From NCBI GenBank assembly GCA_002104905.1, contig MCFE01000514.1, positions 1 to 63,968 of the forward strand: a DNA stretch of 63,968 nucleotides, in the 5' to 3' direction. The position numbers and the translations under genes are program-made. Below, piece after piece: positions 1-13,299 of the stretch. A model generated the notes under the pieces. That model was given only the letters and a program-made list of their open reading frames with translations. It was not told where the DNA came from and ran no database searches. The stretch is from Basidiobolus meristosporus CBS 931.73 (lineage: Eukaryota; Fungi; Basidiobolomycota). How positions within the stretch are numbered: the first letter of the stretch is position 1; each line of letters starts with the position of its first letter.

Positions 1-122
1 ATCGAAGGAGATGCGCAGGTAGAATAGAATATTATAAGTAGGAGAAACTAGGATCACTGGTGTTAGTTGCCCCTACGAGCTAATGGAATATCTAAATACA
101 TGATTTGGGTAGTGGGAGTATA

Positions 123-1422
123 CTAGTGAAGTGAACAGCTGTGGCTATCCAGATGGCTCCATCTATAGGCCTTCACGACACCGATGTAGTGGAAAACGGC
201 TGCAATTACCACACAAACGTGGAAAATCTGATGCGAGTGGCCGATGTAGTCGAACTTCCCGGGGAACCATCTCTCTGGTACTCTGTTATCATTGCGATTA
301 GCCACAAACCTACCATGGGATATACGTTTACTTGTGTAACTAACCGGCTGGCATATATGAGAGCTCCACAGACATAGGTTAGACCCATAGAGCCGAACCA
401 TTTGAGAGATAGTTTCTGAACCGCAATCGTCCACTATGCGGAGGAACAACAGTTAGTCGCGCATCACCCGCACATTATTTTAGCAACTTACCCCGTTGGC
501 CCAAATAGCATGAGCAAAAGGACATATGCCGGATAATCCCATGGCCAGGAACAGGTTGGTTCTGATCCACCGATACTCTGGCTTTCCAAATCGCTTTGCA
601 ATGCTCATAACTGCCTACAAACGCAAAGGATATGCTCAACTCTCTATCTCAATTAGGCTAGCTGGATGGGATATCTTACCGTAGCCAAACCGAAAGCCAG
701 AATAAAGGACAGGTATACGATCTTCCACACCTGAGAGCAGTAAAAGGCTTACAGAAACGCTGTGAGCTATTCGGTCACCACGTACAGCAAGTTCAATCTA
801 CTAACCATAATTGATCGCGGGAAAGTATGAGCCACTGGTGAGCCAATTCGGGGTTAGGCGGGTCTCGTGAGGATGGAGCAAATAAATACATACACAATTA
901 AGAAGACGATTCCAACGTAGTCACAACGGTTCCACATGACAGAAACCTTGCAGAGCACATATCAGCGGGCAGAAGATCGAAAAACTAACAACAATCGCCT
1001 ACCTTCTCGGAATGGCAGTGGAAAAGGTGATAAAGTGTGGAACAGCATAGACAGGCAATCGCGCCGGCTATGAAGATGTACATGACGGCAAAATCGGACC
1101 AGTGGGTTGTTTCAAACTGAGGGAATATCTTGGCCGCGGTGAAGATGGCCACGATAAAGAAAAGGACGGCTCCGAGGAGGTGGGAGTAGACATTGCCAGT
1201 TTCGTTGTGAATGTAAAACAAGGACTGGGCACTTTTCCAGTATGAGCTGGTGGGGGCACGATATCCAGACAGAATGTAGTTGTTATCTCTCATCCATTTT
1301 GGCAACTCGCTGAACTTCAACAGTGCAGAAGAGAAGCTAGAGGTGTTATCGATGTTTGAGGAAACGAAGGGCACAGTTTCTTCTGAGTTCATATTGGGTT
1401 TCCTGTTTCTTACTTCAGCCAT
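123..1422 (-). CDS. PAQR / hemolysin-III family (AdipoR/IZH-like) 7-TM membrane protein, 7 exons
   Basis: Exon 1 has '[15 protein letters not shown]...[18 protein letters not shown]'. The last exon has '[24 protein letters not shown]'. I spliced the intervening exons by hand in frame ([18 protein letters not shown] / GSYFPAINY / AFYCSQVWK / ...[10 protein letters not shown] / ...GALIYASR), with six GT-AG introns including a 29-nt exon at 806-834. Confidence 0.92.
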
Positions 1423-3379
1423 CAGAGGTAATGTAGCAATTTATTCCAGGATTGGTCTGTATTCCGCAGGAAATGCCGATAACTGATTCAGAATCTGTTG
1501 AGACTATTTAAAAGGGAAGCCCGTCCCGGCCTAGATTGAAGATCAGGCAGTGTGGACCACTTGAATTCGACCAAGTTTCAATCATTCATGATTGGGACGG
1601 CTTCTCGGAAAGCTTTTTTACTGTGCTTGGGGAGCGTCTTTTGGCATATGAATTCAGTAACTATGAGATCCAAAAGAAAGCGAGCAATTTCGAGTAACCC
1701 TTGACTTCAGGCATCAATACAGCCTATGATGGAAACGAAGCCACCTTCGGAGCCATCTGCTGAATCTTTCAAGTAGCTGCCCAATGATGACTCCTAATTC
1801 CGCCAATCCTTTAGTTGGTAACTGGTACCACAGAAGCATGTACTACTACTCATCCTGGTCGAAAGTGTTGCATCAACCAAGACAAACAAGGCTACCTTGT
1901 TTGATTCACCGAAACGTGAGCAACAAACTCACAAAGGCTGATCTCTTGATGTTACCAATGATGCGTATCGCTTAAAAGTCTGTGGGCACGTTCTATGGGG
2001 TGCTGTGGTATTCCCAGAGAAGCATGCCAATCATCCAGGCGGCGAGCCATTCCTCGACTACAGATCATCTGGGGACCACTTTGATCCAAAACGGGCTCAT
2101 TATGGCAACTGTCCACGATAGGAGCTCCCAGAACCAATGGCCATCATGCAAGTGTCCACGATAAATTTCTCTTGGTGATCGCACCACTGTTTACTATGAG
2201 ATCAATAACAACTGCTCCGTTGTTTCTTGAATAGCCTTGGACAGACGCTTGATTTCCAATGCAGGTCTAAAACGACGCATCTTGGGATTCATGACCAAAA
2301 ACTCCGCACATATGGATCACATCTCGTTTAAGCCCCTTGCACCTCGCCCCACCATTCAACACGTGTCTGTTCACATTCTGGCTACTAGAAATGGAAATCC
2401 AGACGTCGTAATTTGCCTGCTAAAATGATAGATATCCTGCTCTTCAGCCTTGTCCGTTATGCTTGTTCAGATCACATATTACTCGCGATGTAAGATGTAA
2501 TTGGCTATGAAACCCCACTCTAGGGCACTTCTATATACAGTAAGCAGTATTTGGATCTCTATGCACTTGGTATGTATTGGACCACAATGGCTACCCTTAC
2601 TGTACGCATCTTGAATTCCTTGGATGAGAGTTTGATTAACTTCGCGCTTTGGTGTTCGAAATTCACCTCACGATGTCCCCTCATAGCAACAGCAAAGGTG
2701 TGTGGGTGAATCTTGAACCTGGTTGCCGATACATGCGAACCCATTATTTGCCATCAAGGGGTTGCCTTGCTCCTACTGGAGCCAAGATGCTGTGCTTTTC
2801 ACTTGCAGGTCTGTTGGGTTCGAATGATGGATTTCTATATGAAATTAATCAGCCTAGCACTTAATTATTCACATATTGAATCAATCCAGCTGCATTGCAG
2901 AATGTAGATTCAACTAATTCTTGCCAGATCTCTTCGATATCCTAGCTCAATCTCCAAAGCAACCCTCTCATAGTTCCCTTACTGGGAGATTATGTCTTAA
3001 GTACACATAGGAACTTGAAAGTACTGATAACAATCAGAATGCACGGCTTTCATTTGATGGTTAATTGATTTGAAACAAACTTCATGAAAGTAGTGATAAA
3101 AATGTTTCGAAGAAAGCTCCAGCAAGTTGTATGCAACACTCAGGCTGTGGAGAGAAGCTTTTGATAGCACCTAGGACATCTAACACCTTATGGGATATAA
3201 CCCTATGTGTACTTTAGTGCTTAACTGATGAATTGAAAAACTACAGCACGTAACACAAATCATGTATTTCACACAATCTCACACTTTAGCCAGCTATTTG
3301 AAGACTATGTGTCAGCTTGTGGTGTAGTCAATAATCTATCTGTAGCATACCTATCTAGAAGTTGCTGACATTGGATACA

Positions 3380-4000
3380 ACCGCATCAACGTTTCCTACG
3401 GAAAATATCAAACTTGGATCTCATGTGTTATTCTGCTGGTATTATTTGGTCAAAATTTCAAGTGTAAATATCTCTGGAGCCAGTGAGCTGACTATTACCA
3501 TATTCTTTATGAGGATTACTTAGGCACAACACTTTCTAGGACATATATCCACCTGTTGTCAAGAAGGCTGCAACTTTTGATATTGAAAGCTGTAGCTTTC
3601 TACAGGTCTTTGGTGCTTTTTCCATAGGGGTTAGAGAACTAACACTGAGATAAAGCAGCTATTCTACTGCACATTTCAATATTTGGCCCATTCAGTTCTC
3701 ACGAATCTAATATTAAGAGTCGCAGTAGAAACTTTGGGTATTGAGAGATGCGATCTACACTAAAGGACATGCTGACCTGATTATATCTTGTACAATCATT
3801 GAGAATCTGAGAATAGCAATACTTTGATGAAGGTTTAAGGAAGTTGTACGTAAAGTTAAGGGATATATAGATCAGCTTGAAAATTCTAAAATATATGATT
3901 TTTCACCATTTCCAAGAATTAGTGTATACACTATAGAGTAAGTTTTAGTCACTCTCAACACTCACATTCAATTAATCGTACACACTAACTAGCCTTTAGG
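3380..4000 (+). pseudogene. Decayed relic of a multicopy LRR-like gene family (copy 1)
   Basis: Nucleotide homology to 23550-23900 (shared TTAGGCACAACACTTTCTAGGA) and to 40350-41400 (FHHFQELV vs FHYTQELV). Contains stops and frameshifts. Family identity is inferred only from LxxLxL-like spacing. Confidence 0.4.
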
Positions 4001-7000
4001 ATAATCGATACCCAGTGAGTCTTTCTCTTGGCAAAGTCCTAGTGGGAATATCTGCCACAATTCCTTCAGTCAAAGCAGAGTATTCACACTTTTAGATACC
4101 ATATCAAGATTCATAGAATTAGTGGATATGATTTAGGCTCCTTTCAGCCAGTATGTAATCTTGCAAACTCCTATGAATCTACCTATACAGAAAGTAAGCC
4201 AATAACTAGAAGTAATTTGGAGCTTATAAGTCAATTATACTTGTTACTGGGGAACGAAGTGAGATTTCTCCTAATACCAATTTTAACTTAAAATTTTTAA
4301 TTGCTATTCCTACCCCATTACCGCAGGTTTTTGATAGTATCACTCGTTACTACTACCAACTATTCTATTTAACCCATAGCATGTATAAAACCCAGCAGTT
4401 GGCTTTTGAAATTTGTAAATATAGAGATGTAATTCAATATAGCCTCCAGACATTTTTTTGGAAATTTGCACATAGCATCTATTAAATAATCAATGAGTGT
4501 ATTTACACTTGAGCTTCTAGAAGTAATAATCCACTTGCCTTGCAAGCAGTCTTAGAAATTGGTGTGCAAAGCGTGTGGGGATCTTGGTAAGTATGAAGCT
4601 TTTGATAACACACTATGCTCGAAATCTTGCCAACCAACTAATAGGACGATATCTAGCATTCTAACTGCGAGTAAAGAGATGTCTCATTAGCCAGGAATAG
4701 GGTAGCTGTAGAAGTACCGAGCTAAGAATTCAAGTTTTCTAAAAACCTCTTTTGATGATATCTCGACCGGCTTCATTAACAACCGGGTACACATGTTTCC
4801 ATACAAGCAGAAGGTGAAGTTGAGCTAGTTAAGAATTACTTCGTGGATCATAATCCAGGAGATATAGATTAGGGTACATATTGGGAAGTACAGCACCTGA
4901 ATATTTTGTGACCGCTGTAAATGAACTGTCGAAAGCACTGAACACTAGCATCGGATGTGACTCGTAAAATTCCTGGCTCACTCAATGATTTGGGCAATGT
5001 CAGAGGGCATGGCAGAATAATAAAAATAATGTGTAATCAAATAGGCGATCTAGACACTGATGTGCAGCACTCCAATATACGTACCATGATGTGAGCCTCA
5101 TACTTCTGCATGAACTTCTGCGAGCATCTCCATTTGGAATGACAACAATGGGATTTAGTCTGGTTGTATCCACGAAGTGGCTACAACCCGTTGTCCCTAG
5201 GTGTAATTGGCTGGAGCCCATAGGTATACTTGTTGACGCCAAAAATAGCGAACACCTAACCAGCAACCATCAAGTGACGTTCTTGTGGTAAACCTTAAAT
5301 CCGGTGTAAAAATCATTTTGCCAAGCTTACTAGATGACACTATGATTTAAGAAAACCCACACCACCGATGGCAATACACGTCCTCGAAATTGGCCAATAT
5401 CACATGCCAATGACAGATCAGTTTTTCCCACAGACAGATATTCATCTGTGGTCAGGCAGGAACTAATATCGCCAATGAAACATCTGCCACCAGCAATGTT
5501 ACCATTCGCGAAACATGACTTACCAACAATGATACACCACACTGGCCAGTTATTAATCTGAGAATATATTTGGGGTGGAAAGTGAGCTATAAATAAATAT
5601 ACGATATTTCCTATTTTGCCCACGCTGCTATAAAAGTGCAGCAATATATGGCCATGAGGTATATTCGCCTCTGCCATAATTAATAAATGCCCTGGTAGAT
5701 ACGATCTCACTGGGAAAATGTCGCCAATCTTACCAACAGCAGATACCTGGCGAATCAATGAGAGCAGCTAGAGAAGATCCGTCCCAAATGCAATGACGTT
5801 GAGACTGATCAGATGATACCCAAGATGATCCACTTTGCGGGAAAACGATGTTGCTGCTGAATGGCCTATTGCCTCGGTAAGATCAACAAGTCAATGCATT
5901 TTAAGCATCGCACTTCTTATTCGCATACAATAAGTCACCAGGGCATCCAACCACACGCTTCCAGTCGTTTCATTCACTCGTGATTCGGTTTTGCGCATTT
6001 ACTAGTAATCGCCAATCCCTCACATGATTTTAGTCACAAACCTTATCACCTCACAAGACCAAAGGTGACTTCAGCAGCCTGGACTCATGAAGGTGATTTG
6101 CCAGGCGCCAACAGCAAGCCTGCAACATACCAGATTCTGAATCAGATAGCACATCCGTGAGTGCATGAAGTTCGACATGGATGAGTACAAATTTTTCGAA
6201 TTCCAAAACGGGCGGATTGCATTTCAATTCCCTTTTTTTTTCTTGTATTTGTGATAATTGTGTTTGCTGTCCTGGTAATGCATTTGTGGTTGTCAGACTC
6301 TCGTAACTCGGATTGCCAGGCGCAGGGTCTTTAATAGTAAATTGCGGAACATTCGCGCTGGATTTCTGTTGACTGGGTTTGTATTTCACACATGTGAAGC
6401 CAATCAAACCATTTCTAGCATCACGATGGTTTTTATTATCGGGGTTAATGTCTCATTTTCCCCTGAATGCTAGCCTTTTCACCAGCCTGCTGGCCAATGG
6501 GTAGGCTCACTGCTGCTCAGTTGTGGCCACTAATCTCCTTGTTGTATCCCACACTGGCATTCTGCAAAATCGGTAAAATTGTAGAGTGATTCTCAGCGAG
6601 AGAATCATAGCGAATGGTCTGGCGCAAGTGCAACATCCTTCTGGTCGGGCGATTCTAATTTACCTCTGGGTTACGAATATACACAGCATCTCTTGGCGCT
6701 GAACCCTAACACGTCATAAACCAAACCGTCTGACAACATCCCCGAAATCCCTACATAAAATTAAATCGGTCCCACCGTGATTCATATCAAAAATATATCC
6801 ATGTCGTAGAATTTGATTGATGTCACGTCACTGAAATTATCCTGGCCTGAGTCACCTGATTAAACGCTACTCATGCATTAGCAACATGGTGGGTTTGTTT
6901 TCCAAGGAAGCTCTGGCAGCCCTTAACCAATTGTGGCATGGCCGTTATGGGGATAGACCATCGCACTGCGGTCTTCTGTTGCCATTCTTGGATTTCGCCC

Positions 7001-7920
7001 AGGTATACAGGGCCATTCTTGATGAATGGCAACGTTCTGGATTGTTAGCTCCCCGCTGCCCATCCCCACCGGTGGCTAAACCGATCGTTGTTAGGATCAA
7101 TGGGCTAGTCACTGAATGCTGGCTCTTGATGACCAGCTGATGGGTGATGTGCCTCTTGTTTTACCTGTAGTACGTCGCCTCAGTCATCGCAACAGCCGGT
7201 TACGCGCCTAATCCACCAAGCAAAAATGCTCACGCCGTCGAGTAATCAGCGACTTCAACATACTGGTCAGCTGCTCAAGAGAAAGTTGGTGTGTCCTGCC
7301 TGAAATCAAGTCAGCCTATTGGACGGCCCAAATCGGTGTCACACTGATGCACGCTGGCAATCCTTCTTTCTCGAAAGCACAATGCGCGTAATTTTCCATC
7401 AATAGTGTACAGGCCAGTTTTCGATGTACATTCAAGTACCTGTTGGCATTAAACTCTTCGTCACGCATGAGCTTCGAAAAGGTCATGATGAGACAAGTTT
7501 CAAAATGAAGTGTGAGTGAGATAAGTTGATTCAGTCATAATAATTGGCATGCTGTGATATAATATCTGAATGTACCACTTAATCTTCTTATCCCATCGCC
7601 TGTAGCCAATAATCGAAGTCACATCGGCCAGGGCAAATATATTCTTTAATATATTACACAAATTAGTTTATTCTTATCTTTGGATTGATCACAAGTCCAA
7701 ATGTGGCAAGTATCAAACTAGTCTCTCGTCCAACTGTGTACTCTCATACGTATTCTGCTGTTTTTGGAAAATTGCTCTTCGTTTTTCTGATTTGTATTTG
7801 TCTATAAGAAGGGTGTTCAAGTTGTCTACAAACATCAATTCCTCTCCATTTGTGTTTCTTCTTTTCGACATATTCAGTCACTCACTCGCTCCCCTTATCC
7901 CATTTTCAACCAACTCTACC

Positions 7921-8526
7921 ATGCCTGGTACTCACATTCTCCTTTCTGATCTATCTATTAACACAAAATCCACGAGAGATAACCGCGCCATTTCAGATTC
8001 AGCTGCCTTTTTCGCTGATGTTGTTAGTCACATGTGGAGTAACAATCCTTATGGCTCTGCGCAGGCATTCTTAAAGTTCTGTACTCGTCTTTTCCAAATC
8101 ACTCAACCATCGAACTCCACCATCCTGCTCGCCCTCAACTACATCTACAGATATAAGGAGACTTCGCCATACTGTTCGGAGGTTTCCGGAACTGAATATT
8201 ACATAGCAGTGGTATCTTTGATGCTTGCAAATAAGTACCACGAAGACAAGTGTTACAGCAACCGTAGTTGGGCGAAGGTATCTGGTTTGGACGTATCCCA
8301 AGTATCTAGAATGGAGCTTTCGATCCTTGCAGCATTCAACTGGAGCATCAAAGTCGACAATCTCGAATTTGATTCATGGAGTCAGTTTTTGGGCCAGTAT
8401 TGGTCGGCAGTCATTGAATTCCGTGGTCAAAGCATCATCTCTGAGCAGAACCTCGATTCCGGCGTTCAAGATTGCAGACGCCAAGGATTCATATCAACTA
8501 GCGCATCGATTACCTCTATTTCGTAA
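7921..8526 (+). CDS. Pho80/Pcl/Clg1-type cyclin, intronless, about 201 aa from the first ATG
   Basis: Cyclin box 'ILLALNYIYRYK...SLMLANKYHEDKCYSNRSWAKVSGLDVSQVSRMELSILAAFNW'. The ORF track's start at 7792 is a TTG; the first ATG is at 7921. Confidence 0.88.
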   Translation: MPGTHILLSDLSINTKSTRDNRAISDSAAFFADVVSHMWSNNPYGSAQAFLKFCTRLFQITQPSNSTILLALNYIYRYKETSPYCSEVSGTEYYIAVVSLMLANKYHEDKCYSNRSWAKVSGLDVSQVSRMELSILAAFNWSIKVDNLEFDSWSQFLGQYWSAVIEFRGQSIISEQNLDSGVQDCRRQGFISTSASITSIS

Positions 8527-9240
8527 TTCTTCGCCCTTGTTTATTCCATCATCCGCACATCACCATGCATTTAACGCCATCATTGACATTCATCCACGGT
8601 CTTGTAATCTATTATCATATTCACGACGAAATTGTTCATATTTCTGGCAATACTGTAATATTCACAATGTTAAATAGAAAGCACACTAATTCATCAGATT
8701 TTCCGGGTTCTCTGGTCGAAAAAACACATTATTTCCAACTAACTAAACGAATTTTCTGGTGGGACATTGTTACCGCATAAGTGAGCGAGTGATTGATTGG
8801 ATTTTAGAATCACCATATCACGAAGTGCGGGTGTAGAGCTTGTATCCCTCGGAGATTAACTGACATTTATGGCAAGTGATTACTTCATGCCTATAGGATG
8901 CGCAAACAACTGCCCTAGATGTGAAATGATCAGTTCAACGCTGTCGTTCTAGAACCTATGCCAGGCGCATATGGTAGCGAGGCTGGGCACTTCTTTGGGA
9001 GTGGGAGAGGGTTACGCTTAGTTACAGTACAGATTGTCACTCGGCATTATTGTCACCATCTTGGTAACCGAAGACCTCGACCCCCAGTAGAGCCCCACGA
9101 GGGGTGGATCGATCCAGGTCTTGATGCTGATCAATCGAAATTCGATTCGCTTGTATTGATGATCTCGCCTCTCGGGTGGATTGGATCATATGGATGGCTG
9201 AGGTCAATGGGCGATCGATGTTTGTTCAGACTTCCATCGG

Positions 9241-9260
9241 TGGGGTGGGGTGGGGTGGGG
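9241..9260 (+). repeat. (TGGGG)4 perfect repeat, G-quadruplex-forming motif
   Basis: TGGGGTGGGGTGGGGTGGGG read directly. Confidence 0.85.
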
Positions 9261-10529
9261 TGAGGGAGATGAGATTCAATCCACTGGTCCGATTCGTATC
9301 CCATATCTGTGCAAGGGACATCCTGACGAATGGATCCGTGGTTGGAACTTCACAGGCAACTATTCCCCCTGAGTGGAGTGGCTTACGGTAAGCGTAAATA
9401 TAGATCTGATTGATCCAGCCCTGGAGATGGGGGCTGGGCTGTCGCAGCGAATATAGTATCCCAAATATAGAGGTTGCCCACCGGCCAAGCGAAACGAACT
9501 CTTCGACGATCTTCAGCGTCCACCGAGTTTGCCTAGGTCTCCTGGGGACACTCGGGCCATAGAGACGGCTAGGTAGAGTTTGGATAATTCAAGGGAGTCC
9601 TGCATGTACCGTCTCAGCCGATCCGCTTGGCTGAGCTGGCGCGCCAAATCTTCTGCTCCGTTTATCCCAAACGGCTGCTCACCAGTCGACTTTGGGTCAA
9701 TGGTAAGGCCTGTTCCAGGTGAACTTGTCCACATGCTGGTGGGGAAATGCTATGGCCCGAACTTACACAGCGAAGAAATGGAATATTGACCCCACCAAAA
9801 CCCCTTTAACGTTGCCCTAACCTTCAGAGGCCTTCCATAAGGCACCGTAGCAGTTGTCTTTACCAGGTCTTATGGAATATGCATGCACTCTACTTCCACT
9901 CAACAAACCAACAAGCCAGAAAGACACCTCTTGATTACTACCATATTACTACCATATCGAATACTCCTAGCTACTTCCAGTACTTCAACCACCAATGTGC
10001 TATTTTTCCAGAGATGATTGATGAAGTGTTTCAGGTGTTTAGGGATCAATGGTGCACTAATGGTAACATTCTGAGCAGGTTTGGTGGTTGCTCAAGCCGC
10101 ATTAGCTCCTTTTTGGTTTTGTTTGAAACCCAGTATCCTCCTAGAGTGGCAAAAATTAGCTTATATCTCATGCCCAAGGTGCCCAATGATTATTTAGCTT
10201 TATAAAAATTAGCCTACTGATGTACTGAGTATTTGGCTTGGGTGGTGGGGGGGGGAAATTGACTCCAACTTTGCATACTGCCTACTAGGATCTATTTAGA
10301 TGCATTGATGTCTTTGGCTCTGCCAAGCTGCAATAAAAAGGATGAATAAGCATATACAGTTGCCTGTGGTAAGTATTTAGCTCACACCCAGACCACTCAT
10401 GTATCTGAACACTTTGTTGCTAGCCAGTAGATTATTTGTAAGGAACATAGCCTGTTAAAATAGTCCTAGTGATACTGGAACTAGAAGAAGCAGATTATGT
10501 GGCTCTCAATTAATGCACCATTGGGTGCA

Positions 10530-10680
10530 AAAGTGGTTTTTATACTTGTATATGGTCTTGGCAGAACATACATATGCAGTATATCAGCAAAAATCTCAAA
10601 AACATGTGTACAAAATGTGGGTGCTTTGGGACAGCTTTAAGATGTACTCATGTTCAGGATACTGGTAACATGGGATAGAT
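10530..10680 (-). mobile_element. Diverged partial copy of the ~350-bp copia LTR family
   Basis: Aligns with the LTR core (aaaagtggtttttatac...ggtcttggca...acatgtgtacaaa...ctcatgttc). Confidence 0.55.
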
Positions 10681-11396
10681 TCTAGCAGCTTGTAAGAACT
10701 GAAGTTACACATATATTCTCAGTTAGCATAGTCACTTATGCAGTAACTTGGGAGCTTTAGCATTTCTGGCCAAAATCTTTTATTGAAATATATTTAACAT
10801 TTTGTTTGCCAAATATTGGCTGATTCTAACAATCAGTGAATACTTGGATGTTATAAAGTGTATTAAACACTTTCTGTAGCCTGCAATCTTAACATGTCAA
10901 TACAAAGACTCTCTTTGAAATCCTATGAAAAGGCTCAAACCTGTAGTTTATTAGATGGTTATATGCTGGTATTCAGCTGGTGGGTTTCATTAAAATTTTC
11001 AGTTGCAACTTTTGATGCAAGTAGTGCATAGCCAATTACCAAACTTGGTATGCATGCTAGCTGGCCTAGTCTCCCCTTGGGAACTATGTCTGCTTGTCTG
11101 CCCAAGAGCCAGTGCCTGAGATATTAAGTGTTTTAAGTTTTCAGGAAGTTGGATTTCAGCACATATTATGATAGTATTTGCTGGCTTCTTCTCAATTTTT
11201 CCTCTTAGGGACTATTACTTCTTCACTGGAGTGACAACATTATACTGAAAGTGTAAATGCCATACTTGAACTCAGCAATGGTACAGTCAAATGTAATGAA
11301 AATCTTCTAGCTTACCAAGTTACATCATAAACTCATAATCACTCAGCACTGCCAAAACTTAGCAGCTAGTTCAGTAGACAAAACCATAGGTGGAAG

Positions 11397-12385
11397 TGTT
11401 GTAAGAGTCTTGGAGATATTGGAAGTGATTGGGAGAACAAGTAGATTATGTGGTTTTTACTCAATGATTATTGAATGTAAAAGTATAGATACTACATTTA
11501 CATGGTCCTGGCATACCAAACACTTGGAATAGGCTTAGGAAGGTCCCAAGAGCATGTGTGCAAAGTTTAAGACTGTTTGGACAACCTTGAGAATTTTCAT
11601 GTTCTGGGTACCTGATATCTTGGTGAAAATATTCAAAGTAAATCCTGACAAGGATTTTGGTCAGTATTCTTTAGGATTTGAAGGTAATGATCCAAGTGAC
11701 TAAGTCAGGTGAATATTTAGGCAGAATTACAAATCTTTACAACACTCCCACTCAACTAAATGCTGAAACTGACTAGTCCTAATCTTGGCATATGATATAC
11801 AGACTTGCCTCTAGCTAATGGTTTGGTAAATATGTCTGCAATCATTTCATCTGTAGGACAGTAAGCTAATTTAACCAAGTTATCCTCTATAGCTTTATGT
11901 ATGAAATGATGTCCAATATCTATGTGCTTGGTTCTGGCATGAAAAGTTGGATTTCTACCTAATTGTATACATCCTTGATTATCTTGAAATAATGTAATAG
12001 GTGTTTTTTGACATAGGCCTAAATCTTTAAAAAGCTTCCTTAACCACATTGCTTCTTTTATAGCTTCACAGCCTGCCATATACTCTGCCTCTGTGGTAGA
12101 AAGTGCTACGGTTGGCTGCTTTCTTGAATTCCATGAAATTGCTCCTCTACAGTAAAGAAAGGTGTATCCTGTGATGGATCTTCTGTCTACCAAATTTTGT
12201 CCCCAATCAGCATCAGAGTATCCCACAAGATCCTGTTCTGGATCCTTATAAGTGCATCTTAAGCAGATATCAGTAGTTCCTTTTAGGTAACTAAAAATCT
12301 GCTTAACTGCTGCAATAGGATCAGATCCAGAGTTCTCATTATACTGGCTGACAACTCCCACTGAATATGAGATATCTGGATGTGG
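11397..12385 (-). mobile_element. Ty1/copia retrotransposon 3' remnant: end of RT, RNase H, polypurine tract (PPT) and 3' LTR (11397-11744)
   Basis: ORF 11756-12361 has 'LVGYSDADWG...RRSITGY...ISWNSRKQPTVALSTTEAEY...DNQGCI...RTKHIDI...MIADIFTKPL'. The PPT GAGTGGGAG abuts a 348-bp LTR with TGTTG...CAACA ends. Homology to the 57-58 kb copy stops near 12385. Confidence 0.95.
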
Positions 12386-12884
12386 AAGAGCCCTCTTCTG
12401 AAAGTTAATTTCTCAATGAAATACCTAGGTTGTCTCAGCTACTTTATTTCAAAAGCTTATTTATATTGCTAGGGTTCATATTCAAAGATTGTTGGGAGTG
12501 TTGATTGTAATCTAGAGATCCTGAAGATCTGTGTGATGTTCACCTATAGTTGTATGGAATTGAAATAAGGTAGTTATATGCACTGGGAAACTAAGTTAGA
12601 CTATTGATGTCAATGCTTTGGGAAAGGCCATGAAGCTGTGAATAAATCTTGAGGGCTTTGGACTGGCCCAAGAATGTATATCACAATTACAGACCTTAAC
12701 TAATTACAAGAGTTGGCCAATATATTACAATCTAAATGTCATTTAAATAATCAACAAGGTCTTATCAATTCAAGTGGAATATTATGGTACATGAGTGGCT
12801 CATTTATAAACTAGATTCCTACTACACTCCAACACAACTCAGGTATATACATAAACCATCATATGATCTCTGTTCCTGAAGTAA

Positions 12885-13235
12885 ATTATGTAATTACACC
12901 CAAATATTCCTTTGACCTTGCTATCTAGATCATAGTCCTTCAGTCTTAGAGAGCTCTGGTCTAACTTCTGTTTAGGATATATCTAGAATATATCACCACA
13001 ATGTTAGCTACCCAGGTCATGAGAAACTGCAAAGTTTTCTAAACAGTCCCAAGCTGTGCACACATGCTCTTAGAACCTTCCTGAATATACTCTACATGGC
13101 TTTCCTACTAACACTGCATAAAAGTAAAAACATCACTATTACACTTGATGAACTACCTAGTGAGTACCACCCAAACTACTATTTCTTTCAATCACATCCA
13201 ATATCTTCAATGATACTTGCAATAAGTTAAGAGCT
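12885..13235 (+). mobile_element. Diverged copia-family LTR, opposite orientation
   Basis: Reverse-complement match to the LTR core (cccaaatattc...tgtgcacacatgctcttagaaccttcc...caatcacatccaatatcttc). Confidence 0.7.
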
Positions 13236-13299
13236 CAAGGCTATGACACTCTAGTATATCTACTACTGCTAACACTACTCTGCTGAGAAGTTGGATATG

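Noticed and set aside
2559-2744. 'SSKEFKM', resembling copia RT
   Set aside because: No YVDD, DLG or other adjacent motif supports it.
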